A DNA stretch of 28,912 bases from a virus. Lineage: Duplodnaviria; Heunggongvirae; Uroviricota; Caudoviricetes. The position numbers and the translations under genes were made by a program. The stretch is from positions 1 to 28,912 of IMG/VR virus record IMGVR_UViG_2579778564_000015. One strand, given 5' to 3'. This document shows positions 18,116 through 26,387 of this stretch, piece by piece; the stretch's first letter is position 1; the number at the start of each line of letters is the position of its first letter. A model generated the notes under the pieces. It did no database searches. It was not told the origin of the DNA and saw only the letters and a program-made list of their open reading frames with translations.

Positions 18116-18137
18116 TAGATAACTACATACCTACCAG
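18116..18137. promoter_or_regulatory. Palindromic motif copy 4 (TAGATAACTA-CA-TACCTACCAG), upstream of the Ig-domain gene
   Basis: Degenerate match lying between the capsid stop and its terminator. Confidence 0.6.
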
Positions 18138-18142
18138 TTAAA

Positions 18143-19024
18143 TTAAATTTTAACGTTAGTTAGAGCGGCAATCGCTTTGTCATGCTTGTTCGCAAGAGAG
18201 CAGTACCACTTAACACGTGTACGAACGGCATCTTTGTTCTGAACAGTACCAATATTCTCAACTACGATACCCGCATTCTCACCACCGTACAGACCAGTCA
18301 CGCCATTTTCTTCTGACAGATGTAAACCGTAAATGTCGGCAGCCGAACCGTCTTCAGTTTTTGGAATAAAGTCGTTAATAATAAACGGAATACCATTATG
18401 ACACAGCATAGGGCGACCGAAGTTTTCCATCATAATTTCTGACGGCCCTACGTTAACGGTACGAAGCAATGCGCGATACGCACGCAGATGCTCAGAACGC
18501 ATCATGATACAGTCGGCACCGAGATCTTTAATTGCATCGACCAGTTCATCAAACATGGAGAAGGTCATAGATGCTTTAGCAATATCGATTTTCTGATCGT
18601 TATGCATCAGCTTAGGAATGCCATCGAACGCTTTGGTATTCTCGGTAGAGTTACCCAAAATCAAATTACGACGGAACGCACGAGCCAGACCTTTCACTTT
18701 CTGGCGAACCTGGATCGCCAACTGGCTGTTAGTATCTGACATTGTAGTTGCCAAGAATTTATCGACATCAACGTCACCTGCCAGAATACGCAGCTTCGCC
18801 ACATGCTCGGTGAAGGTTGCCGCGCCTTCGGAGATGGTGTCGTTCACATCAATGAAGGTCGCTTCGCTCAGGGTAGCTTCACGGTTGTAAAGGTACGCTT
18901 TGGAGTCGATCTTCATGAACGGCAGAATGGCGAACAGATCATCGCGGTCGATAATAGTTTCGATCACGCCCTGTTCGAGTTCGTTGTTAGACAGCTTTTC
19001 AGCTTCTTCACGCAGTAATGGCAT
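18143..19024 (-). CDS. Major capsid protein (293 aa)
   Basis: Follows the scaffold, ends at a strong terminator; size and FDGI / RVKWY motifs fit a capsid protein without a delta domain. Confidence 0.85.
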   Translation of the reverse strand: MPLLREEAEKLSNNELEQGVIETIIDRDDLFAILPFMKIDSKAYLYNREATLSEATFIDVNDTISEGAATFTEHVAKLRILAGDVDVDKFLATTMSDTNSQLAIQVRQKVKGLARAFRRNLILGNSTENTKAFDGIPKLMHNDQKIDIAKASMTFSMFDELVDAIKDLGADCIMMRSEHLRAYRALLRTVNVGPSEIMMENFGRPMLCHNGIPFIINDFIPKTEDGSAADIYGLHLSEENGVTGLYGGENAGIVVENIGTVQNKDAVRTRVKWYCSLANKHDKAIAALTNVKI

Positions 19025-19049
19025 CTTTCATTTCCCTATGATTAAGATG

Positions 19050-19946
19050 TTACTTGAGTCCGATTTTCCCCAGACCGGAAGTCAACTTATCCATTGTCGA
19101 CCTGTTCTTCGGCTGGTTAACTTTATGGGTCGGTTTGCTGTTTGAACCGGCACCCTGCTTGGCTTCGCTGCGCATCAATGCGTCAGCCTCCGGATCAGCA
19201 CGCAGAATGCGCTCAATCGCGGATTCGAACGGTAACGGCTTACCTTCGCCGTCAACCAGAACTGCACGTTCCTTCTGACCGGCCGGCTTGTCATAACCAA
19301 CAACGCTACCGTCTTCACCCACTTCAAAATGAGAGCCGTAGATAACGCGTGCTTTCGCCGGTGTCATCAGAACCTTTTCACGCAGGAAGGTAGAGCCGCT
19401 GAATGAGGCGCCGACAGTCATTTCGACCAGCTGGGCTTTTAAGGCAGCGTTTTCACTCTCCAAAGCAGAGAATCGTTCGTCACGCTGTGCCAGCTCATGC
19501 TGATGAGCTTCGATCATCTGCTTTTTGACAGCATCGAACTCGCCTCGGCGTTCCAGTTCAGCTTGCTCCGCCTCACGGCGTGCATTTTCTGCGGCTTGTT
19601 CGGCGTCCAGAAGCTGACGAGCACGCGCCGGGTCAATGTCACCGTACTGCGCAAGCTGATCGGATAATGAACGCTCTTTTTCCTTGCGTTTCATATTCTC
19701 TTTCAGCAGGTCAGCGCCAGCTTTCTTAGACTTACGCAGCTCGGCCAGCAACTCTTCAGGAGTCAAACCAGCTAAATCGTCGTCTTCACCCTTCGGCTGC
19801 TCTTTTTGCTCACCCTGTTTACCTTGGTCTTTGGTGCCCTCCTCGCTATCACCAGCAGGAGCACCAGCACCTGTACCACCACGCTCATGCGATTCGGCTA
19901 CATCCATCAGGCCACGACGGGCCATAAGCATTTGCCACAGATTCAT
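19050..19946 (-). CDS. Capsid scaffolding protein (298 aa)
   Basis: Charged coiled-coil protein with a low-complexity N-terminus, between portal and capsid genes. Confidence 0.75.
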   Translation of the reverse strand: MNLWQMLMARRGLMDVAESHERGGTGAGAPAGDSEEGTKDQGKQGEQKEQPKGEDDDLAGLTPEELLAELRKSKKAGADLLKENMKRKEKERSLSDQLAQYGDIDPARARQLLDAEQAAENARREAEQAELERRGEFDAVKKQMIEAHQHELAQRDERFSALESENAALKAQLVEMTVGASFSGSTFLREKVLMTPAKARVIYGSHFEVGEDGSVVGYDKPAGQKERAVLVDGEGKPLPFESAIERILRADPEADALMRSEAKQGAGSNSKPTHKVNQPKNRSTMDKLTSGLGKIGLK

Positions 19947-19967
19947 AAAAATTCCTTTCGTTACTTA

Positions 19968-21548
19968 TCACTCGGTCTCTTGAGTAGATGAGTCCCCCAT
20001 TCCCTCGGGGTTTTCCTGCCCGCTTTCTTGGGCCTTGCCATGATGATAAGTAAGTACTGACTTATTTTCAAGGGTGTTAAGATCATTTTTGGGCGGAAAT
20101 TTCAAGAGATCTTTATCGAATTCTTTTTTCATCGCTTCGGAAATGTTTGGAAAGACCTTTTCAATGAGCATTTCCATCTGAAGCCGACGTACAGAATCAG
20201 GTGCCTGTAATAGAGCCAGTTTCTCAGCAACTAAAAATTCGTCTATTAGACCGCGAATATCAAAACTTTCAGGGTATGCGATGAGAGAGTGGTCTTCGTC
20301 AAGCTCGATCCCCATCCATTTCGCAGCCAGCAACATCATCTGACGTTCAGCTCTTTCTAGACGCTCCGCTTTTGTCACCAGCAAACTATTCACACGCTGG
20401 AAGTCATACATCTTGGCCGCGCCAGAAGAGTTATCGATACCTTGTGCGTTATCCTGCTTGGTCCGTTCGCCGGCAACACCAACGGAATGGTAGATCTCAT
20501 TAATTACCGTCTTAATAGTAGTTATGATCATCTGTGCCTGTTTTGGGTCTGGCGACAGATAGAACGGCTGATTCCCCCCCTCAGAATCGTAGGTGAAGAC
20601 GCGTTTTGTCCCCATTTCTAGTACTTTGGTGTGGTTATCATCCCCTGGCAGTAATGACTGAACCGGAATCGCTAACTGGCTGAATGTCTGATCCTGAATA
20701 ATTGCATCAAGATTCGACAGATAGTTAGCAACGGCGCGGTCAAGATAAGCGATATCATCTATCAACGACGGGCTAAAATATGGAGATTCGCTCTCCCCAA
20801 TGCAGTCCACAGGGAACACAGGCACAACGCCGAGATTATGTTCACCACAATCTTCAAGCACCACTTTTGTCTGACGACGCCCAGCTCCCTTCTTCATCTC
20901 TTCACGGAAAAGATACCATTCGTTTTGAGTCCACAGTCTATAACGCTGGTATTCCTGACCGGAAGAGGTGAAAGGGTCTTCGTCATCACGCGCAATCTCC
21001 ACAATAAGCGCCCACAGCATATTGCCGTCTTCATCCCACGCAACGTCGAGTAATTGCTGTGGTGCAATCCAGTAGGCGTAGGCGCGAGCATCTTTCTGCT
21101 TCTCATCCGCGATGGATTCAACATTGCCATTCATGGTGCTATCGACAACAACCCAGATACGGCCATAAATAGAAGACTGTAGGTCTATAGCCGCCATGAA
21201 GGCATCAATGGAAGAGTTCTGACGTGTAGCTCGTTTCCAGAAATTTCGAATCTGTTCAGGCGCCTCTTCCTGATTACGATGAATATCCTCTTTAAAGAGA
21301 TATTTGTTGATGAGATTCACTACTTCGCGAGTGTGATTAAAACGATAGGCGCGTTCCAGACGTTCTTTGAACTCCTGATCTCCCTCTTTAAAGTATCGGA
21401 AGATATTGTCATTAAACCAGGAACGCCCGCCAGCGTAGGTACTGGAGAGAAAATCCCAATGCTCTTTTTTCTTCTCATATTCTGGGTGGCGCCGTGCCAC
21501 CAGGTCTTTTATTTGTTTGTCGGTAAATTCCATTTTCTTTATTTCCAT
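19968..21548 (-). CDS. Portal protein (526 aa; alternative ATG at 21533)
   Basis: Position between terminase and scaffold, size, YAGG and SGAAKMYDF (SGxA-type) motifs. Confidence 0.85.
   Translation of the reverse strand: MEIKKMEFTDKQIKDLVARRHPEYEKKKEHWDFLSSTYAGGRSWFNDNIFRYFKEGDQEFKERLERAYRFNHTREVVNLINKYLFKEDIHRNQEEAPEQIRNFWKRATRQNSSIDAFMAAIDLQSSIYGRIWVVVDSTMNGNVESIADEKQKDARAYAYWIAPQQLLDVAWDEDGNMLWALIVEIARDDEDPFTSSGQEYQRYRLWTQNEWYLFREEMKKGAGRRQTKVVLEDCGEHNLGVVPVFPVDCIGESESPYFSPSLIDDIAYLDRAVANYLSNLDAIIQDQTFSQLAIPVQSLLPGDDNHTKVLEMGTKRVFTYDSEGGNQPFYLSPDPKQAQMIITTIKTVINEIYHSVGVAGERTKQDNAQGIDNSSGAAKMYDFQRVNSLLVTKAERLERAERQMMLLAAKWMGIELDEDHSLIAYPESFDIRGLIDEFLVAEKLALLQAPDSVRRLQMEMLIEKVFPNISEAMKKEFDKDLLKFPPKNDLNTLENKSVLTYHHGKAQESGQENPEGMGDSSTQETE
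20043..20064. promoter_or_regulatory. Palindromic motif copy 5 (ATGATAAGTA-AG-TACTGACTTA) inside the portal 3' end, upstream of scaffold/capsid
   Basis: One mismatch in the right half-site; 96 nt from the scaffold ATG. Confidence 0.55.
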
Positions 21549-21552
21549 TTAT

Positions 21553-21574
21553 TAGGTAAGTAATTACCTATCTA
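21553..21574. promoter_or_regulatory. Palindromic motif copy 6 (TAGGTAAGTA-AT-TACCTATCTA) at the terminase/portal junction
   Basis: Full consensus match overlapping the terminase stop codon. Confidence 0.75.
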
Positions 21575-22824
21575 GATCCACCAAGAATAACACGATTTTT
21601 CACCGGATACCTACGATGAACTGGATAGCCTAACGCATCTGCGCTGTGTTCTATACCGCCAGACTTATCTATATCGCGCGAACCTGGTTTGTATATGACT
21701 TTTTCAAGAGAGTCGATGAGATGTTTACACTTCGGATCGATATACAATCGTGTTTCACCAGAAGCACTCATCAACATGCGGTTAACCGCATTCACACGAT
21801 CTGCGATCGGCGGATGTTTCTTCGGATAATCTACGCGCAGGAACCCCTTCTCCTTGAAGATATCAACGTCTGATTCGCCTCGCGCGTGCTGACGATACGC
21901 ACCAGCAGGGTCAGGGAAAACCGTGACCTGTGATTTCCAGCGCCAGAATCGACGCTCCAACTCATCGCACACTTCTGCCGTGTTGGAAGAGAACAGCACA
22001 ACCTCGTCCACGGCCCACAACTCACCATTTGGCTGCGGCTGTAGAATAACTGAGGACATCGGGTCGATATTGAAGTCCTGTCCAACCCATACCGGTAGTT
22101 TTGGATTGAATTGTAGTGGCTTCACATGCACGTTTCGATCAAACGGGTAATAAACACGCCCGGACATGTTTTCGAAGCTTGCAAGATACTCCTGAGCGAA
22201 CGACTTCGGGTCCATATCATTCTTCGCGGCTTCGATTTCCGCAGTCGGAACGAACGGAGAGTCGGCGGTAACAAACTGCCAGCTCTTCCACTGGCCTTTG
22301 CGTTGCAGTTCCTTGTTCTGTCCTATAGTCCACAGTTTGTGGAACTCCGAGAAACCTTTCGGTGTACCGATGATAAGCGCGCCACCGCGAGTAGAGGACA
22401 ATGTCGGACGAAGCACCTTGTACCAGGTGTCAGCCTTCATATCCTGAAACTCATCAAGAACTACGAAGTGCAGCGCAACACCACGGAGCGTATCGGGTTT
22501 ATCGGCGCCTTTGAGCGCTATTTCCGATCCGTTCTTCAACACGATGGTCATCGTGGTGTCGTTTTTCTTCCGAACCCATTTACGCGGTAGAACTTCCTGC
22601 AGATCATCCCATAAGATCTGGCGAGCCATCTGATATGTCGGTGCAACGTACCAGACGCGTTGTTTCTTCTCTTTGGCTGCCGCACGGATGATGGTGGAGA
22701 TCGACAGCCGAGATTTACCCCAGCGTCGACCCGCACACACCACTTTGAAACGATGTGGAGACTGGAAGACTTGCATCTGCCCAGAATGCAGCTGCACGAG
22801 ACTCAGAGACGACGGGATGGACAT
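21568..22824 (-). CDS. Terminase large subunit (418 aa)
   Basis: Walker A VVCAGRRWGKS, Walker B VVLDE, GTPKG coupling motif, nuclease motifs GQDFNIDP and HSADALGY. Start moved to ATG 22824. Confidence 0.95.
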   Translation of the reverse strand: MSIPSSLSLVQLHSGQMQVFQSPHRFKVVCAGRRWGKSRLSISTIIRAAAKEKKQRVWYVAPTYQMARQILWDDLQEVLPRKWVRKKNDTTMTIVLKNGSEIALKGADKPDTLRGVALHFVVLDEFQDMKADTWYKVLRPTLSSTRGGALIIGTPKGFSEFHKLWTIGQNKELQRKGQWKSWQFVTADSPFVPTAEIEAAKNDMDPKSFAQEYLASFENMSGRVYYPFDRNVHVKPLQFNPKLPVWVGQDFNIDPMSSVILQPQPNGELWAVDEVVLFSSNTAEVCDELERRFWRWKSQVTVFPDPAGAYRQHARGESDVDIFKEKGFLRVDYPKKHPPIADRVNAVNRMLMSASGETRLYIDPKCKHLIDSLEKVIYKPGSRDIDKSGGIEHSADALGYPVHRRYPVKNRVILGGSR

Positions 22825-22826
22825 AA

Positions 22827-23468
22827 TCAATCTCTCCCATCTACTTCATCGCTCAACGCGCTAGAATCGCTATCAGCTTCGCTCAGAGCTTCCTCTTCAA
22901 GTGACTCAAGCAGATCATCATCAATCGACTCAGGCTCATCTTCTTCCTTACGCAGCTGCGCCACCTGAGATGGCGTAAGTTCGCCAAATACCAGGTTTGG
23001 AATTTCTTCTTCGTCGTTTTCTACACGATCCATGCCTAGTGCTTTCGATGAGATATCGAAACACTTAGCAAGCGTGCCACTTGCACGCTGAAGACTCTTC
23101 AGATCGTCTTCAATAGCAGCGAGAGGTTTGCCTTCCTTTTTAGCAGTAGCAACCTCGTGCATCACCATACGACCTAATGCAAAAGCCCAGTCATCATAGC
23201 GAGTACGGCGTTCTTCGATTTTATCTGCACGCGCTCTTGCACGCAGTTCAGCATCGGATTTGAGTGATTCTCGTACCATCTTTCCAACGGAATCGGCACC
23301 TTTCTCTAAGCCGCGCTTTTTAAAATGTCTGGATAGCGTTTCACGACGAATGCCGTACTCTTCTTCCAGCTTTGAGAGTGTGTACTCGCCTGATGTCCAC
23401 TTCGCTTCGGCTTCAGCCCACTCAGCTGGTGTCAGGCGAGTTTTACTCTCGTCTTTTTCTACAGTCAT
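22827..23468 (-). CDS. Terminase small subunit (213 aa)
   Basis: N-terminal HTH (TLSKLEEEYGIRRETLSRHF), helical middle, acidic tail; abuts the large subunit; GAGGG RBS. Confidence 0.75.
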   Translation of the reverse strand: MTVEKDESKTRLTPAEWAEAEAKWTSGEYTLSKLEEEYGIRRETLSRHFKKRGLEKGADSVGKMVRESLKSDAELRARARADKIEERRTRYDDWAFALGRMVMHEVATAKKEGKPLAAIEDDLKSLQRASGTLAKCFDISSKALGMDRVENDEEEIPNLVFGELTPSQVAQLRKEEDEPESIDDDLLESLEEEALSEADSDSSALSDEVDGRD

Positions 23469-23488
23469 AGATCCCTCTAAAACACACA

Positions 23489-23506
23489 GAGCACATCCTT
23501 GTGCTC
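23489..23506 (-). terminator. Hairpin GAGCACA-N4-TGTGCTC upstream of the small terminase gene
   Basis: 7-bp stem followed on the minus strand by TGTGTGTTTT. Confidence 0.45.
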
Positions 23507-23582
23507 CTAAACAATTTGTTTATAGATATTTCTAACTAATTTGTTTTCTGGGATGCTTAAATCAGAATTGAGTATTTTTCAA

Positions 23583-23642
23583 AGCCTGCTTCCGTATATA
23601 TATTTAATAAGTGATTTATTATTTAGTATACGGAAGCAGGCT
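23583..23642. repeat. 16-bp perfect inverted repeat AGCCTGCTTCCGTATA with a 28-nt AT-rich spacer
   Basis: Arms 23583-23598 and 23627-23642; spacer has no C and contains an inner TAATAA-N5-TTATTA dyad. Confidence 0.9.
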
Positions 23643-23664
23643 ATAAACTGACTCCCAGTTGAAC

Positions 23665-23931
23665 TTACATCACCAGTAACTTAGCTCTTGCCCGACCTAA
23701 TGTTGTCAGCCCCAGAGTGCGACGGTAGTAACCAGAGTCATCGCGCTGGCGACATATTCCTTTCTCAACCAGCCCTTTTTTCACCAGTGCGCGAATCGAA
23801 AACTGCATACTTTGTTTAGTTGTTTTGTACGGAAGCACTTCCAGCAATTCATCCAGATCGAGCAAGTGGCCACGTTCATGACCTAAATTGATGGTTTTGA
23901 TGATGTCTTTTTGTTTGTCGGTTAAAGTCAT
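23665..23931 (-). CDS. Winged-helix DNA-binding protein resembling the LexA N-terminal domain (88 aa)
   Basis: LTDKQKDIIKTI...SIRALVKKGLVEK...RRTLGLT parallels LexA LTARQQEVFDLI...HLKALARKGVIE...SRGIRL; no peptidase domain. Confidence 0.65.
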   Translation of the reverse strand: MTLTDKQKDIIKTINLGHERGHLLDLDELLEVLPYKTTKQSMQFSIRALVKKGLVEKGICRQRDDSGYYRRTLGLTTLGRARAKLLVM

Positions 23932-23940
23932 AGCAAATCC

Positions 23941-24840
23941 TTATGCCGGTAAAGCAATTTCTAGAGGTTTATCAAAAGGCTGTTTATCAAATGCCAGCAG
24001 TGGTAGTGTGTCTGGTAATTTTCGACCAAAATCAGGGTTGCGATACACGCCATATAGCGGAGATGTGAAGCTCAGATTATGAATATCCTTGAGTAGTTTC
24101 ACGATACTGGCCTCATCCACCAGACTGTCGGCAATGTCCTGAACTGTGGTACCGCGATTACGTCCAGCTTTGGCAAGAGAACTGTTCTTGTGATAGTCCG
24201 CAACCAGATCGCGTAGCGCACGACGACGACGAGGTTCGCTCATAGCTAATAGTTCTTTGACAATCGCTTCGTTATCGCCAGGGTCTGAACGGAAATGGCG
24301 CTGGAATACACGTAGAGCACTTTCATAGCTCTTCGGACGCTCAGGACGGATAAACTGGAACCCTGCTTTCATGGCGAACGGGTTGTATTTGCTCATTGAC
24401 GACTGGATCTCGATGATTGACCGGTCATGCATCCTGCTAACCAAGTTAATCATTCGATAGGAGACGCCGACACCGCGGTACTGAGTGTCCACAACGGAAC
24501 GGCTGATCACCGCAAAGTTGTTGTTCACGTACCGACCCCAATACTGGTTGGCCACAGTGGTATTAGAGGTTGGCTTCAGCTTAGGAAACATGCGATGGCG
24601 AGGCGCCAGAAGCAGTTTCGGGTAAGCCATAACCACGACACCCACCAGCCGGCCGTCCAGTTCGCAGCGGTAATACGTTGGCGCGAACGGCTTACCATCC
24701 GTCTTGTAATGCAGCGACTTCAGCGCGTGCCAGTCTTCAACCGTGCCTTTTGTAACGGTCATACGCTCCAGAAAGTCCAGATGACGCGGGAACTCTTCCG
24801 GACGGTAGCGTTTGATGATGACGTCTGCCATGTCGCTCAC
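23941..24840 (-). CDS. GNAT-fold (acyltransferase-like) protein (299 aa)
   Basis: Acetyl-CoA-binding motif A ISRSVVDTQYRGVGVS, later NPFAMKAGF motif, N-terminal HY. Confidence 0.7.
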   Translation of the reverse strand: MSDMADVIIKRYRPEEFPRHLDFLERMTVTKGTVEDWHALKSLHYKTDGKPFAPTYYRCELDGRLVGVVVMAYPKLLLAPRHRMFPKLKPTSNTTVANQYWGRYVNNNFAVISRSVVDTQYRGVGVSYRMINLVSRMHDRSIIEIQSSMSKYNPFAMKAGFQFIRPERPKSYESALRVFQRHFRSDPGDNEAIVKELLAMSEPRRRRALRDLVADYHKNSSLAKAGRNRGTTVQDIADSLVDEASIVKLLKDIHNLSFTSPLYGVYRNPDFGRKLPDTLPLLAFDKQPFDKPLEIALPA

Positions 24841-25091
24841 CTGCGCTCAATATTAGCGTTGATGAAGTCAAGACGAAGTGACTCCATCGCTCCAACCATG
24901 ACGTATGGGCGCCCACCTGAATGCCAGCAATCCAGAACGCTACCGTCACTATTGATAAGCAAAATCGCCATGCTTTGGCTTTTACCTTCTTTGGCATATT
25001 TGAGAGCTTCTTCAAGAAGACGTATAACCTCGGCATTGTTGTCATCAGTCTCTCTTGAGTGCTTCAGTTCTACAATTTTCAAATCAGGCAT
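24837..25091 (-). CDS. Hypothetical protein (84 aa)
   Basis: Overlaps both neighbours in an operon-like way. ATG 25091 preferred to TTG 25097. Confidence 0.6.
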   Translation of the reverse strand: MPDLKIVELKHSRETDDNNAEVIRLLEEALKYAKEGKSQSMAILLINSDGSVLDCWHSGGRPYVMVGAMESLRLDFINANIERR

Positions 25092-25722
25092 ATTCAACCT
25101 TCACTCGTTCTTTGTAGTGTTTGGTGATCTGCATATCCGGGCGCAGCGCGTTCTTCAGGTCTTCGTGGGTCGTCGCCACCATTACCGTCGCACCAACCTT
25201 ACGTGCGGCGCGCTGGAGATTTGAAGCCACAACCTGAGCGGTTACACGGTCGAGAACAGCTCCAAATTCGTCGGCTGCCCAGACTTTGGCGCCGGACTCA
25301 ATCAGCTTGGCGATCTTCAGACGGTATTTCTGGCCGTCAGACATTTCGGATGGCTTGCGCACAAAGAGATAGGCATCATTCAATCCGGCCATAGATAGCA
25401 GCCCTAGCGCTTCGCTGGTGGTTTTCCCCAGCTGGTCGATGACGTTAACCTCATTGTCGAAGGTAAAATCATCGATGGAGGCCACAGAAAGCCCTTCATC
25501 TTTCATCTGGCGTTGCAGATCGCGCAGCACAACGGATTTGCCTGAACCGGATTGGCCGGTGATGTACACTACATCGCCCTGCTTCACTTCCAGCGTCAGA
25601 TTGTCGTAAAGCGTCCACTCTTTTTCGTCCAGACCAAGACCGAACGATTCGGCAATCTCCAGCGTGCGCGTGGTTTTGTTCACGCGGGTCTGAAACGATA
25701 CGTTGATGGTGTATTTGCTCAT
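25084..25722 (-). CDS. Stand-alone ABC-family ATPase (212 aa)
   Basis: Walker A GQSGSGKS, signature-like MSDGQ, Walker B AADEF, D-loop GAVLD, H-switch TTHED; no membrane partner nearby. Confidence 0.9.
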   Translation of the reverse strand: MSKYTINVSFQTRVNKTTRTLEIAESFGLGLDEKEWTLYDNLTLEVKQGDVVYITGQSGSGKSVVLRDLQRQMKDEGLSVASIDDFTFDNEVNVIDQLGKTTSEALGLLSMAGLNDAYLFVRKPSEMSDGQKYRLKIAKLIESGAKVWAADEFGAVLDRVTAQVVASNLQRAARKVGATVMVATTHEDLKNALRPDMQITKHYKERVKVEYA

Positions 25723-26387
25723 GCAGCCAGCTCCCCAGAAGAAACTTTCTCCGCATACGCCACGAAGGCATCTACCCCGCTCTCTCCCGTGATTTCTTCC
25801 ATGTGGGCAAGCAAATCCCCAACCACAATGGCGGAGCCAGCAGGGAGCGTTTTAAAGCCCAATACGTCGATAACACGGACTTCTTCAGAGGCCACTTCAC
25901 GACTGATCTCGGTGTGCTCTTCTTTCTGGCGTTCCGTTTCTTCACCCAGATCGAGCACCAAAGATCCTGTTTCCATTTCTTCAGTCATGCTGCCGACGAG
26001 AACGTTCAGCTCGCGCTCTTCAAAACCGAAGACCTCGACATCTCCCAGCACCAAGGATTCCAGTTCCTGCTGCAATTTGATGGCGTCGTAGTCAATACTG
26101 GCCAAGCGGTTGTCTTCCAGACGCTTCGCCTTCACTTCTTCTTCGCTCAGATCATCGCGCACGATGACAGGCACATGCTCAAGACCAGCCAGAAGTGCCG
26201 CCTCGCGACGACCGTGGCCAGTAATGATGACGTCGTTCTTGTCGATCGTGATCGGCTGGTCAAAACCGCGCTTTTTGATGGCGGCAGCCAAGTCGCGGAT
26301 CTGCTGTTCGTCATGTTTTTTGGCGTTCATCTCATACGGGATGAGTTCTGTAGGGTTTCGATAGACGATTTCAAAGTTTTTGGTCAT
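25719..26387 (-). CDS. ParB/Srx N-terminal-domain protein (222 aa)
   Basis: LIPYEMNAKKH...GFDQPITID...IITGHGRREAA. Start moved to ATG 26387 (AGGAG RBS, TAATG overlap). Confidence 0.88.
   Translation of the reverse strand: MTKNFEIVYRNPTELIPYEMNAKKHDEQQIRDLAAAIKKRGFDQPITIDKNDVIITGHGRREAALLAGLEHVPVIVRDDLSEEEVKAKRLEDNRLASIDYDAIKLQQELESLVLGDVEVFGFEERELNVLVGSMTEEMETGSLVLDLGEETERQKEEHTEISREVASEEVRVIDVLGFKTLPAGSAIVVGDLLAHMEEITGESGVDAFVAYAEKVSSGELAA

Noticed and set aside
19961-19970. Lone half-site TTACTTATCA just upstream of the scaffold gene
   Set aside because: No partner half-site; too short to support.
22827-23468. P1-type pac site (clustered GATC hexamers) in the small terminase gene
   Set aside because: Only scattered GATC sites, with no cluster.
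23604-23625. Eighth copy of the palindrome (TTAATAAGTG-AT-TTATTATTTA) inside the 60-bp inverted repeat
   Set aside because: Five mismatches in very AT-rich sequence, so it could be chance; not counted, but worth scoring with a PWM.
25084-25722. ABC transporter
   Set aside because: No permease or substrate-binding gene in the window; the context is a phage operon.
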